This document shows, one piece after another, positions 39,656 through 49,473 of a stretch of 64,000 nucleotides of DNA. How positions within the stretch are numbered: position 1 is the stretch's first letter; each line of letters opens with the position of its first letter. The notes beneath the pieces are model-generated. The model did no database searches and had not been told where the DNA came from. It was given only the letters and a program-made list of their open reading frames with translations. The stretch comes from Candidatus Daviesbacteria bacterium RIFCSPLOWO2_01_FULL_39_23. Its GTDB lineage: Bacteria; Patescibacteriota; Microgenomatia; Daviesbacterales; UBA10151. The translations under genes were made by a program, and so were the position numbers. The stretch lies in the NCBI GenBank assembly GCA_001776935.1, contig MFDN01000001.1, positions 229,449-293,448 of the forward strand. Direction: 5' to 3'.

Positions 39656-40828
39656 ATGAAATTTATAGATTTATTTGCAGGTATCGGAGGTTTTAGATAT
39701 GGCTTACAAAAAGCAGCAAGACAAACTCGAAGTTCAATCCATTGCGTCTGGTCAAATGAATGGGACAGATATGCAAGTGAAGTATATAAAAACCATTATG
39801 GAGAATGCGACACAAGAGATATCAGAACAGTTATTACAAACGAAATCCCAGACCATGATCTACTCTGTGCTGGCTTTCCTTGTCAATCATTTAGTATTGC
39901 AGGAAAAAGATTGGGATTTGAAGACACAAGAGGAACTATGTTTTTTGAAATCGCTCGGATTATCCAGGACAAAAGACCCAGATATCTTTTGCTTGAAAAT
40001 GTTAAAGGCTTACTTAGTCACAACCAAGGAAAAACTTTCCAGACAATACTTGGGGTTCTCACCAACTTGGGGTATGAGTATCAATGGCAGGTTCTTAACA
40101 GCAAAAATTTCGGAGTTCCCCAGAATCGGGAGAGATTGTTCATTGTCGGAAATCTTAGAAGAACATGTAGACCCCAAGTATTTCCTATCAGAGGAGAAAT
40201 CCCAGAAACTACTCACTCAGGGGATGTGGCGGGTACACTTCAGGCAGACTACGGAAAAAGAGACAGGACTGGCGGCTACGTTATTAAAGCGCAACCAGTT
40301 CTCACACCGGAAAGAATCAATAAACGGCAAAACGGAAGAAGATTTAAAAAAGAAGGAGAACCAATGTTTACTTTAACTGGTCAAGATAGACATGGAGTAA
40401 TAGTCGGTACTTTACGTACTCATAAAGATGGAAATGGATTTAGGGAAATCAAACGAGGAATAGCACCCACTATTTCTGCAAGAGCCAGGACAGATGGCAG
40501 CGGCCAACCGGTCATTATCGATGATTTTTACCCTGACAGAGTTAGAGGGTTTGAAAAAAGCCCGACTCTTAGAAGTGGTAGGAATGGATTAAAAGTAAGT
40601 GACAAATTGAGGATCAGATTATTAACCCCCACAGAATGTGAGAGATTACAGGGTTTCCCGGATGGTTGGACTGAAGGAGTAAGCGATACTCAGAGATATA
40701 AGCAGTTGGGAAATGCTGTAACGACAAAGGTTGTTACGGAAATAGGTAAAAGACTATTAAAGGTCGTAAATAAGTCAGAGAGGAGGCGGAATGAATATGA
40801 AGCCAGGACAAAAAGAACTAAGGCCTAA
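39656..40828 (+). CDS. DNA (cytosine-5)-methyltransferase
   Basis: FAGIGGF (motif I), PCQSFS (motif IV) and ENV (motif VI). No adjacent restriction endonuclease was seen. Confidence 0.85.
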   Translation: MKFIDLFAGIGGFRYGLQKAARQTRSSIHCVWSNEWDRYASEVYKNHYGECDTRDIRTVITNEIPDHDLLCAGFPCQSFSIAGKRLGFEDTRGTMFFEIARIIQDKRPRYLLLENVKGLLSHNQGKTFQTILGVLTNLGYEYQWQVLNSKNFGVPQNRERLFIVGNLRRTCRPQVFPIRGEIPETTHSGDVAGTLQADYGKRDRTGGYVIKAQPVLTPERINKRQNGRRFKKEGEPMFTLTGQDRHGVIVGTLRTHKDGNGFREIKRGIAPTISARARTDGSGQPVIIDDFYPDRVRGFEKSPTLRSGRNGLKVSDKLRIRLLTPTECERLQGFPDGWTEGVSDTQRYKQLGNAVTTKVVTEIGKRLLKVVNKSERRRNEYEARTKRTKA

Positions 40829-40970
40829 AAACCTTAAATATCATTTCGAAGGACAGAAAATAAATAAAGCTGGAGAAACAGTTTACATGGTTATCGTAAT
40901 TAAAACAGAAGAACTCCTGGAATGGGATGAGGCAACATTTAAAAAGAATCAGTCGCTCATCGAATACTAA
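40791..40970 (+). CDS. small hypothetical protein (59 aa) with perfect SD, overlapping the dcm 3' end
   Basis: AGAGGAGGCGGA precedes the ATG at 40791. MNMKPGQKELRPKNLKYHFEGQ... It is one residue below the ORF-track cutoff. Confidence 0.35.
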   Translation: MNMKPGQKELRPKNLKYHFEGQKINKAGETVYMVIVIKTEELLEWDEATFKKNQSLIEY

Positions 40971-40975
40971 AACCT

Positions 40976-41236
40976 ATGATAAAAACCGAAACTGAATTAT
41001 TGGAAGAAATTTATAACAGTGTACATGAGGAAATGCTGCGCATGGAGATTGCAACGGAAACACTGGCAGATGTTGATGATGACAAAATAATCGAAACAGT
41101 AACCAGACGTTCACCTCTTGGTACGAGAGAGGAGCAGTTGACCAAAAAGGATGTAATAGCACGCTATACAGAAGACATTAGCAAACGGGAGAAAGTCCTT
41201 AAAGTAATTAAACAATTATTAGCAGAGAAAGCATGA
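40976..41236 (+). CDS. small acidic hypothetical protein
   Basis: 86 aa with no recognisable motif. Confidence 0.3.
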   Translation: MIKTETELLEEIYNSVHEEMLRMEIATETLADVDDDKIIETVTRRSPLGTREEQLTKKDVIARYTEDISKREKVLKVIKQLLAEKA

Positions 41237-41393
41237 AAGATCTTATATATCCGTTACTGAAGGAGGATTATATCTCGTCTTACCTGAGAAAGGAGGAGAA
41301 GAAACGGAAGATTCCGATAATCCCCCAGAAAGCCGGACACCTACCGTTTTATGTGAGAATCTGGCTGACGCTAAAGCTAAACATTAAAAAAAT

Positions 41394-42650
41394 ATGGAAA
41401 AAACATTAATACCAACAATAGAAATAACTGCTCTACGCTTTGCCGAGTACAACCCAAGGAAGATAACCCGCAGCGTAATAGAACAACTGAAGAATTCCAT
41501 CAAGGAATTCGGAATGCCGGTGCCGATTGTAATAAATACCTACAAAGACAGAGAAAATGTAATTATTGGTGGTGAAAAAAGAGTAAGGGCAGCTATAGAA
41601 TTGGGCTGGAAAGAAGTGCCTTGCAGCACAGTTAATCTTCCTCTGGAGAAAGAAAAAGCATTAAACCTTGCGCTTAATAAAATTGAAGATCAATGGGATG
41701 AAACCAAACTGGCAGAGATTATAACGGATCTTACTAAAGCAGACTTTGATTTATCGTTAACAGGGTTTAGTGAAGTAGAAATAAGTAATATTCTGGATAC
41801 CACTATGTTTTTGGATCAGGAAGAAGAAAAGCCTTGGGATACGGAAGAAGAAATCAAAAAAATAAAAGAACCGATATCTAAACTTGGTGAGGTGTACCAG
41901 ATAGGTCCACACCGGCTGATGTGCGGAGATTCAACTGATCCAGAAGATGTAAAGAGCCTCATGGACGGCAAAACAGCAGATATGATCTTTACTGATCCAC
42001 CTTATAATGTGGCGCACAAGAGTTATGAAAAGAAAGGAAAATTCCATACAGAACAAGGAGTTATCCTTGGTGATGACCAAAGTGATGATGAATTCAAGTT
42101 ATTCACTGAAGCATTCTTTCAAAATCTCAATATGTTGTTGAAGTCAGGTGGAACAATATACGTCTGCACCGGGTACTCCTCCTACCCCCTTTTTTATTAT
42201 CAAATGCTCAGTTCCGGGTTTATTTTTAGCAGCAATATTGTCTGGGTAAAACCTAGCTTTGCAATCGGTTGGGGTAACTACAAAAAGCAATACGAACAAA
42301 TAATGAAAGGCAAGAAACCGACAGGCAAACCAAAAGCGCAGGCAATTATGTACGGCTGGAAAAAAGGAGAGCGTCACCAATTCTTTGGTGAAGCAAATGA
42401 AAGCGATGTCTGGGAAATGCCACGAAAGGCAGTAACCGAAATGGTCCACCCGACAGAGAAACCTGAGTGGCTCATTATGAAAGCGATCAAAGGCGGAAGC
42501 AGAGTCGGCCAGTTAGTAGTTGATTTATTCGGTGGTTCAGGAAGCACTTTAATGGCAGCTCACAAGATAGGACGAATAGCCTATCTTATGGAAAGAGATC
42601 CGCTATTCTGCGATTTAATCCGCAAAAGATGCCATCGGCTCAAAATGTAA
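41394..42650 (+). CDS. ParB-like nuclease domain fused to N6-adenine/N4-cytosine DNA methyltransferase
   Basis: N-terminal ParB box (ALRFAEYNPRKI...GGEKRVRAA). DPPY (FTDPPYNV) with a C-terminal SAM-binding motif. Confidence 0.75.
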   Translation: MEKTLIPTIEITALRFAEYNPRKITRSVIEQLKNSIKEFGMPVPIVINTYKDRENVIIGGEKRVRAAIELGWKEVPCSTVNLPLEKEKALNLALNKIEDQWDETKLAEIITDLTKADFDLSLTGFSEVEISNILDTTMFLDQEEEKPWDTEEEIKKIKEPISKLGEVYQIGPHRLMCGDSTDPEDVKSLMDGKTADMIFTDPPYNVAHKSYEKKGKFHTEQGVILGDDQSDDEFKLFTEAFFQNLNMLLKSGGTIYVCTGYSSYPLFYYQMLSSGFIFSSNIVWVKPSFAIGWGNYKKQYEQIMKGKKPTGKPKAQAIMYGWKKGERHQFFGEANESDVWEMPRKAVTEMVHPTEKPEWLIMKAIKGGSRVGQLVVDLFGGSGSTLMAAHKIGRIAYLMERDPLFCDLIRKRCHRLKM

Positions 42651-42705
42651 GTCCCTGTGTGGCGATTTGTGGGCTCTTCTCAGAATAAGTGGACTAGTTG
42701 TGCCT

Positions 42706-43272
42706 ATGAAAGCAAAAAAAGAAAATAAGCTAAAGATTCTAGTTGAACAGATGCCTGATGAAACACAGGAACAGTACGCTGCCTTTCTGGCATATTGTTC
42801 CATGATTAACAGAAGTATCAGGGAGGTGAGCAAAAGGTGGGCAGAAATAGGGCGGGAATTGGGGGAACAAAACTCAAAATACAGGTTGGGGAAACAACCA
42901 TCCGCAAAAACCTTATTCAAGTGGTCTAAGAAATATAGCTGGGTCAGACGGGTACAGATTTGGGATGAGGAAAAAAAGAAATTGATGACTTTAGAATTTC
43001 AAAGAACTGAAAGCCAGAGATCTGTTAAGGTTTCCCGCTTATTTGAAAAAATATCTACTCATCTCCTCCAGCAAGTAAATAGAGACAGAGCTATTACTGT
43101 TGATGAATTTAAAAAAGCCTGGGAGATGTTCCGAACTGAATCAGGGTTATCAACCGGGAATACGGAGATTCGTCACACTATAAACGAAGATGAACAAACC
43201 CCTCCTACTCCTCAGGATGAAGAATTTGGAAAAAAACTGGATGAACTGGAGAAACAACATTATGACGAATAG
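42706..43272 (+). CDS. putative terminase small subunit
   Basis: HTH-like N-terminal region. Located immediately upstream of terL with an overlapping stop/start. The call rests on position. Confidence 0.35.
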   Translation: MKAKKENKLKILVEQMPDETQEQYAAFLAYCSMINRSIREVSKRWAEIGRELGEQNSKYRLGKQPSAKTLFKWSKKYSWVRRVQIWDEEKKKLMTLEFQRTESQRSVKVSRLFEKISTHLLQQVNRDRAITVDEFKKAWEMFRTESGLSTGNTEIRHTINEDEQTPPTPQDEEFGKKLDELEKQHYDE

Positions 43273-44821
43273 CACCTTTCACAGACAGAAAAACAGTATT
43301 TTACATTGGATTAGAATTAATAAGATTAAGAATGAGAACGGCGAGCCGATTGAATTTAAAGCTCATCGTTTCATGCTGGATATTTATGCAGATCGTACAC
43401 CGGTTCAGGTCATACGCAAGGGATCGCAGGTAGGAGCAAGTACAATGGAAATCCTGCGGGCTTTCCATGCAGCACGTTTTTGGGGCATAAACCAGATCTA
43501 TACTCTCCCTACTGCTGATGACGTTGCAGAATTTGTAAAAAGCAAAGTAAACCGTTTAATTAAAGTAAATCCCTGTATCTTGGAAGGTGTAAGCGGTAAA
43601 GATGCTGACTCAGTTGAGCAAAAGCAAATCGGCAAATCCTTTTTATTTTTCAAAGGAACGTACACCGAAAAAGAGGCAATCATGCTTACATCTGACCGGA
43701 ATATCCATGATGAACTGGATAAATCAAAGACTGAGGTGGTAAGAGATTATACCTCACGTATGGGTTATTCCAAAATAAGGAGCCAGCACTTTTTCTCTAC
43801 TCCCACTACTCCCGATTTTGGAGTGGACAAATTGTTTGAACAGTCAGACCAAAAGTACTGGAGGTTTAACTGTCCTCATTGCAATTTCAGGCAGCATATG
43901 GAATGGGACAAAAACGTAGACGTAGAGAGAGGTATTTATATCTGCCAGCAATGCAATAAAGAGATAGCACCAAAGCAAATAAACGATTCAGGGAGATGGG
44001 AAGCCAGATATCCAGGAAGGCCAATTTCCGGATACTGGATAAGCCAGATGCACGCGCCCTGGAAGTCTGCAGCAGACTTAATCAAAGAGAGGAAGGATGC
44101 AGATGATGATACCTATTTTTTTAATTTTGTTTTAGGACTACCCTACTTATCAGCAGAGCAAAGAATCCCGGTAAGTCTTTTTATACGCAACGTGAGCGAC
44201 GTAAAGGCCGATTCTACAGAGGAATACAACGTAATGGGCATTGATACAGGAGCAGGCACAGGAAAGGGAAATCACGTTATTATTGGCAACAAGCTGGGAA
44301 TTTTCTGGATTGGCATCCTTACAGACCATGAAGGTAAAGACAGATGGCAGCAGGCAGCAGAACTTATAACTTTTTTTGATGTCCGGGTTGTGGTAGTCGA
44401 TGGACAACCTTATACCAGAGAAGCATTTGATCTGGCAAAACAATTCCCCTATAGAGTCTATTTAAACTGGTTCAAAGACGACCCAAAGATGTTGGAGGTA
44501 ATAAGGTTTTTTGATGAGAAAGAAGGAAAAGAATCAGAGTTTGAGGAAGAAGTAAGGGTATTTTCTTCCCGAACAAGAATTATGGATGATACTATCTCAG
44601 CACTTCGGAAAGGAGAAATTAAGTTTGCCATGCCATCAAACAGCCTCACTCTTAAAATCCTCACAGAGCACGCACAAACGATGTATGCACGCAACGTAAC
44701 CGATAAATTGGGTCAGGTAAAGCGTGAATGGGCAAACACCGGACCAAACGACTTCTGGCTGGCATTAGTTTACTGGCATATTGCTTTATTAAAACGATCA
44801 AAATATGAGCCAAACAAATAA
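43262..44821 (+). CDS. terminase large subunit-like ATPase/nuclease
   Basis: PIEFKAHRFMLDIY...RKGSQVGAST is a deviant Walker A of the Terminase_6 type. VVVDGQPY acidic motif. The ATGA start overlaps the terS stop. Confidence 0.5.
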   Translation: MTNSTFHRQKNSILHWIRINKIKNENGEPIEFKAHRFMLDIYADRTPVQVIRKGSQVGASTMEILRAFHAARFWGINQIYTLPTADDVAEFVKSKVNRLIKVNPCILEGVSGKDADSVEQKQIGKSFLFFKGTYTEKEAIMLTSDRNIHDELDKSKTEVVRDYTSRMGYSKIRSQHFFSTPTTPDFGVDKLFEQSDQKYWRFNCPHCNFRQHMEWDKNVDVERGIYICQQCNKEIAPKQINDSGRWEARYPGRPISGYWISQMHAPWKSAADLIKERKDADDDTYFFNFVLGLPYLSAEQRIPVSLFIRNVSDVKADSTEEYNVMGIDTGAGTGKGNHVIIGNKLGIFWIGILTDHEGKDRWQQAAELITFFDVRVVVVDGQPYTREAFDLAKQFPYRVYLNWFKDDPKMLEVIRFFDEKEGKESEFEEEVRVFSSRTRIMDDTISALRKGEIKFAMPSNSLTLKILTEHAQTMYARNVTDKLGQVKREWANTGPNDFWLALVYWHIALLKRSKYEPNK

Positions 44822-45029
44822 AGAACCAAAGAAAATAACAGTCACTGTCACAGAAGCGGAAGCTAAAATCTTGGAAGATATCCGGAAGGTGCAGTATGGG
44901 CGGGTAGATATTTATATCCAGGACGGCAAACCCTACAGAAAAGAGATTGTAGAGCAAAAACGCATTGGTCCGGAAGAAGGTGGAAGTGCCGGAACATTCC
45001 CCAAGAAGCAAAGCAATATCGAGATTTAA
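44805..45029 (+). CDS. hypothetical protein
   Basis: 74 aa. Overlaps the terL end. Confidence 0.25.
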   Translation: MSQTNKEPKKITVTVTEAEAKILEDIRKVQYGRVDIYIQDGKPYRKEIVEQKRIGPEEGGSAGTFPKKQSNIEI

Positions 45030-45142
45030 CTTTACCTAACTGTTGATTACTACTTCCTGTAGTTTTCGCTATAATTAAAAATGTTACTTTTCCCGACTCT
45101 TCCGTTTACTTATGTAGAACGGTTGAAGCGGATCATTGAAAT

Positions 45143-45646
45143 ATGCTGAAGCCACCGTTCGAAGATGTAGTCAAAAATTATATAAAGCTCGTGTACTTTT
45201 TTGCAAAAAAGTCACTATATCAGCAGGATGATGTAGATGACATAGTACAGGAGACATTTCTGAAAGCAATGAGTAATTATAAACAATTTACATTCCGGAG
45301 CGATGGAGAGCTGAAAAGCTGGCTTCTTACTATCTGCAGACATTTAATCACTGACCAGATAAGATCTAAGAAGAACACAATCTCTATCGAGCAGAACAAC
45401 ATCGAACTCTTCGACCATAATGACGTAGAAGACATGCTGGACGCAGAGATTACTCAGGAAAAGGATATAGAGATGGTCAAGAAGGAATTATTAAACCTAA
45501 AGGCGGCAGAACAGGAAATTATTCGCCTGCGGATTGTTGAGGAGATGGAATTCAAGGAGATAGCTATCACCCTGGCGAGTAAGGAAGCAGCCGTTAAAAT
45601 GCGTTTTTATAGAGCGCTTATCAAGCTCAAAGAAGCACTACTATGA
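45143..45646 (+). CDS. ECF-type sigma-70 family sigma factor
   Basis: Region 2 (DIVQETFLKAM...SWLLTICRHLITDQIR) and region 4 HTH (EQEIIRLRIVEEMEFKEIA). Confidence 0.7.
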   Translation: MLKPPFEDVVKNYIKLVYFFAKKSLYQQDDVDDIVQETFLKAMSNYKQFTFRSDGELKSWLLTICRHLITDQIRSKKNTISIEQNNIELFDHNDVEDMLDAEITQEKDIEMVKKELLNLKAAEQEIIRLRIVEEMEFKEIAITLASKEAAVKMRFYRALIKLKEALL

Positions 45647-46557
45647 AATTAAAAAATGTAATCAAATCAGTATTTGAAAAGGAAGGACAAAAAGACACAA
45701 TGCATATAAAAGCATTGGAGAAGCAGATCCTGTCAAAAATCCATGAAGAAGAAGATTTGGATCAAGAAGTGAAGACTTATTTTCCCCAGCCTAAATCCTT
45801 CTGGACAACTAAATTACCCTACGCATTTGCAGCATTGCTATTATTTGTACTTTTCTTTGGTATAAGCACAAAGAATCCGGTAATGGCAAAAGGTACAATT
45901 TTAGATGTACTTATAAATCTGAAGAACCAACTCCAACAGGAACTGACTACTCTACTTAGCAATGATCCGTCATACAGAGACAAAAACACGCAAAAATATA
46001 AACAAGCTCAGAAAGAATGGTGTTCGGTTAGCGCCAGTGCGCCAGAGGAGCAGGAGAAGTCAGTAGCAGCAATAAGGGATTTTTTAGATAGGCCAGATGC
46101 AAGTGTTGAGTATGAATGTGCAGTTAGAAATCCGAATAAACCTGACGAAAAACCGCAAACTGAAACATATAAGGCAGATTTTGATAGATTTTTTATCGAT
46201 ACAAAGACCAATCGGGTCATAGAAATGTCGTTGATCGAAGATAACAACTGGGGAGTAAATAAAGATGGCTCACGCTGGTTCAGCCAAAGAAAACAATATG
46301 ACTACACCCCGAAATATGACCAAGCAGAAGCAGAACAACTCGCCAATGATTTTATTAAAAACCATGAGAAATCAATCGGAAAAATAGACCCACAACTTTT
46401 ATTATTAGAAACACACTTAAAAGATGGTGATGATAACAAGATAGAGTATATTTTTATCTGGAAAGGTAAAACAGATGGTGGTTTTACCCCTCAATTAACC
46501 ATTACGTTTACCCAAGGCGGGCAGCTAGTTAACTTCTCTAACCTTCTTTTCAAATAA
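45643..46557 (+). CDS. putative anti-sigma factor: single transmembrane helix with C-terminal PepSY-like extracytoplasmic domain
   Basis: 4-nt ATGA coupling to the sigma gene. Transmembrane segment LPYAFAALLLFVLFFGIS. The C-terminal domain is homologous to that of the 46778 protein. Confidence 0.35.
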   Translation: MKLKNVIKSVFEKEGQKDTMHIKALEKQILSKIHEEEDLDQEVKTYFPQPKSFWTTKLPYAFAALLLFVLFFGISTKNPVMAKGTILDVLINLKNQLQQELTTLLSNDPSYRDKNTQKYKQAQKEWCSVSASAPEEQEKSVAAIRDFLDRPDASVEYECAVRNPNKPDEKPQTETYKADFDRFFIDTKTNRVIEMSLIEDNNWGVNKDGSRWFSQRKQYDYTPKYDQAEAEQLANDFIKNHEKSIGKIDPQLLLLETHLKDGDDNKIEYIFIWKGKTDGGFTPQLTITFTQGGQLVNFSNLLFK

Positions 46558-46777
46558 CAGGCACTGCATAAAATCACCACAAAAAAACAGCCCTTGACAA
46601 TTCTCAATAATTTTGAGATTGTATATGTATGAGAAGTAAGAAAAGTAAGTATATTCTTACCTTTTACGATCTGCCCCATTTCAGAACCCCCCAATTTACC
46701 TCATATCTTTTTTATTTGAAAACCCAGATTACTAATTATAAATCCTGGGTTTATTAACAAGGAAGGAGGTGAAATAC

Positions 46778-47530
46778 ATGACAATCATAACAAAAGCTAA
46801 AGCAACAATACTTCCAGCTGTCGCTGGAGTAGCAGTCCTCGCCGGACTGGTAACTGCTGTCTCAGCACAATCAGTTAATCCGCAGGAAACGCTGGATGCC
46901 TTAACAGCGCAAATGCAGACTAAAGCTGAACAAGCTGTAAAAGGTGGCCAAACAGTAAAAGGTCCGCGTGAAGGCGAAGTAGCCTTTACAGGCAATGTAG
47001 CTGCCGAGTTAGAAACATTGCGTCAACAAGGCTCAAAAGCCAAGTCAGAAACTCTCGCACGGCCTGCGTCTGAGAGATCTGCAGCAGTCGCAAAAATCCG
47101 AGCTTTCGCTGGCAATCCAGGGCTAAACCCGGAGTATCTCTCTACTGCAAAATCAAGTTACAGCAATATAACTATTGCTGAATACTACTCAGCAGGCCAG
47201 GACTACTTTGAGGTCAACACCAAAACGAACGAAATCGTTCAATTTGGACCCGCTCCTGTTGCAAAAGGACAACCTGTTAAGGTTTATAACACCGAAGCAA
47301 AGTTTACTCCTGAGCAATTAGAAGCAAAAGCCAGGGAGTTCATCGCCCAAAATGCTCCAGATGCTAACTTAAGCAATCTGAAAGCAAGTACTGGTGAAAA
47401 AGGCGGAACAAACTACTTCTTCAGATTCACAGACGAATCAAAAGACGTAGAAGGAGTTAAGGCTTTCGTACAGGTAGGATTTACTGTCGGAGGCGACCTT
47501 CTCAGCTATACAAATACGCTGGGATTGTAA
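46778..47530 (+). CDS. secreted PepSY-like domain protein
   Basis: Sec signal ...LVTAVSAQS. FEVNTKTNEIVQF, TPEQLEAKAREFI and VGFTVGGDLLSY parallel the anti-sigma C-terminal domain. Strong SD GGAGGTG. Confidence 0.4.
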   Translation: MTIITKAKATILPAVAGVAVLAGLVTAVSAQSVNPQETLDALTAQMQTKAEQAVKGGQTVKGPREGEVAFTGNVAAELETLRQQGSKAKSETLARPASERSAAVAKIRAFAGNPGLNPEYLSTAKSSYSNITIAEYYSAGQDYFEVNTKTNEIVQFGPAPVAKGQPVKVYNTEAKFTPEQLEAKAREFIAQNAPDANLSNLKASTGEKGGTNYFFRFTDESKDVEGVKAFVQVGFTVGGDLLSYTNTLGL

Positions 47531-47572
47531 GTGAGGGCAAATAAAAAAGGAAGGAGGTGAAATAAAAAGCAA

Positions 47573-48097
47573 ATGAAAAAAATATCAAGATTATTCTTCG
47601 GATTGCTCATGGCCCTTGCTGTCTTTTCGACAGGAGCACAGGCTGCTCATGCAGCAGTTTCCATCTACGCTAATAACGGAAGCTACTACACAGCTTATGG
47701 ACCAAGCCAATACTGGTACAACGTAGATAATGAAGGTTACTGTGGAAATGGAGGAGGAAACTGTAGTCCAAATAATATGAAGTACACCTGGTCAGGATGT
47801 GGCGATCCTGTTAACTACGCTGTATGGACTAACGGCGCTGGACCAAATGGATGGGCAACACATGATGCCTACATCCCAGGTACAAATGCTACAAATCCAG
47901 GAGCACCGTACCTGTTAGGTTATAACTCAGGAAGCCAATATCACTTTACCATCAACCAGAATTCTTACTATGATGCCTGGGTCAGGACAGATCCTTCCGA
48001 CCCATGGTGGTACAACATTGGAAATGTATGGCTGGATGATAATCCATGCAATGGTACTTCCAAGATTGGCTTTGACGAACAGAAGGTTGCAGATTAA
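47573..48097 (+). CDS. secreted Gly/Asn/Trp/Tyr-rich protein
   Basis: Signal peptide MKKISRLFFGLLMALAVFSTGAQA. The gene shares an 18-nt upstream block AAGGAAGGAGGTGAAATA with the previous gene. Confidence 0.4.
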   Translation: MKKISRLFFGLLMALAVFSTGAQAAHAAVSIYANNGSYYTAYGPSQYWYNVDNEGYCGNGGGNCSPNNMKYTWSGCGDPVNYAVWTNGAGPNGWATHDAYIPGTNATNPGAPYLLGYNSGSQYHFTINQNSYYDAWVRTDPSDPWWYNIGNVWLDDNPCNGTSKIGFDEQKVAD

Positions 48098-48126
48098 GAT
48101 TTAAGCTATCTTCTTATTAGTTCTCT

Positions 48127-48162
48127 CCTAGCCCCCCTGATCAAGGGGCTAGGTTTGTTATT
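48127..48162 (+). terminator. Rho-independent terminator (CCTAGCCCC-loop-GGGGCTAGG + T-run)
   Basis: 9-bp perfect stem followed by TTTGTTATT. Confidence 0.6.
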
Positions 48163-48246
48163 GAGGCGTATAGTAAGACAAATAAGAAAATAAAGAATTC
48201 CGCTGGACTTCTGAGCTTACCTTTGATATATTGAGACTAGGCTAAT

Positions 48247-48753
48247 ATGAGAAATCAAGCGATAGCAATAATTATAGGCATGATTTTATTATTTGCCGGA
48301 GGCTATCTTTACCTCAATAACCAAAACTCCTCTGAAGATTACCTTCCTAAAGAGCAGCGAAAGAACGTTGAAGCGTACTTTGTAGAAAACATGAGGGTAA
48401 GCCCAGCAGAAGCCACAGAAATGGCTTCAAAAGGCGTAGATTTAAGAGTAAGCAAAGATACTACACTTACAGGTATTGTAGGCAATCTTTACTACTACGG
48501 TTTTATTGACAACGAAAAGACATTCACAAAGCTCCTGGAGACAACTGCCGATACAACCTCAGGCAGAGAAAATGCAATCAAAGTCGGAAACAACACTATA
48601 GATACCAACAGTAGTTATTATCTTAACTACCAAATGATCGATAAGGAGATAGCAGATACCCTTCTTAATAAAGGACGCTACAGTGAAAAATTCAACGATT
48701 ACAATTACCTCTTTATGCCAAGTGGACCGCAGGATTCAGGCAGAAGACCGTAG
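48247..48753 (+). CDS. membrane-anchored hypothetical protein
   Basis: N-terminal transmembrane helix. Confidence 0.3.
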   Translation: MRNQAIAIIIGMILLFAGGYLYLNNQNSSEDYLPKEQRKNVEAYFVENMRVSPAEATEMASKGVDLRVSKDTTLTGIVGNLYYYGFIDNEKTFTKLLETTADTTSGRENAIKVGNNTIDTNSSYYLNYQMIDKEIADTLLNKGRYSEKFNDYNYLFMPSGPQDSGRRP

Positions 48754-48762
48754 AGTTAAACT

Positions 48763-49323
48763 ATGAAAATAAAACCACTAACAATCTTCGCTCTTTTGGC
48801 ACTTACAGTTGCCGGAGTAATTTATTATTCAGATAAAATCAGCTCATCCAAGCAGACAACAGTAGCCGTACAGCCAACAACTCCTTCCCCAACTCCACTG
48901 GCATCGCCAAATAGAGAACTAAAACCAAATGAAAAATTTATTGCGCCAGCTGGTCTTTATATTACTGTGCCGGAAGGAATGAACTTTAGACAAGAGGTAG
49001 CAAGTGATAGTGGTGATATACGCTACCTCGGTTTTTATATAGAAAATGAGTCAGGTTATCAATTATACGGATTGTATCAGGCAAAGAGTGAGGCTTCCCA
49101 GGAGGCATTAGAAATAAATAAAAAAGGGATGGATCCTTCAACAATTAAAGATGTTGAAATTGGAGGATACAAAGGAGTAGAGGGACTAGTTACCGGTCCA
49201 AAAAACAGATACCTTACCGTTATTATTAAAAATGGCAAATTCATCACACTCTCCACGATTCCACCCACCTTGGAAAATAAGGCAATCACAGATCAAATTT
49301 TTTCCACCATTAACTTTCAGTAA
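48763..49323 (+). CDS. membrane-anchored/lipoprotein-like hypothetical protein
   Basis: N-terminal hydrophobic segment and a Pro/Thr-rich linker. Confidence 0.3.
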   Translation: MKIKPLTIFALLALTVAGVIYYSDKISSSKQTTVAVQPTTPSPTPLASPNRELKPNEKFIAPAGLYITVPEGMNFRQEVASDSGDIRYLGFYIENESGYQLYGLYQAKSEASQEALEINKKGMDPSTIKDVEIGGYKGVEGLVTGPKNRYLTVIIKNGKFITLSTIPPTLENKAITDQIFSTINFQ

Positions 49324-49473
49324 TTATCTAACAGTAACGTACTTGAAAAGTATAGTTTTGTTTTTGTAGCATGAAGCTATAACCAAATTTGCCTAACGAA
49401 TCTTTCGGGGCTCAGGTTTTTCTATTTACAGAAGTAGACGAACCTGAGCTCCTTTTTTGTTGCTCAAAAAACT

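Noticed and set aside
39675-40376. 233-aa ORF overlapping the C5-methyltransferase in another frame
   Set aside because: Entirely nested inside a gene with strong methyltransferase motifs, and it has no motifs of its own. Judged a spurious alternate-frame ORF.
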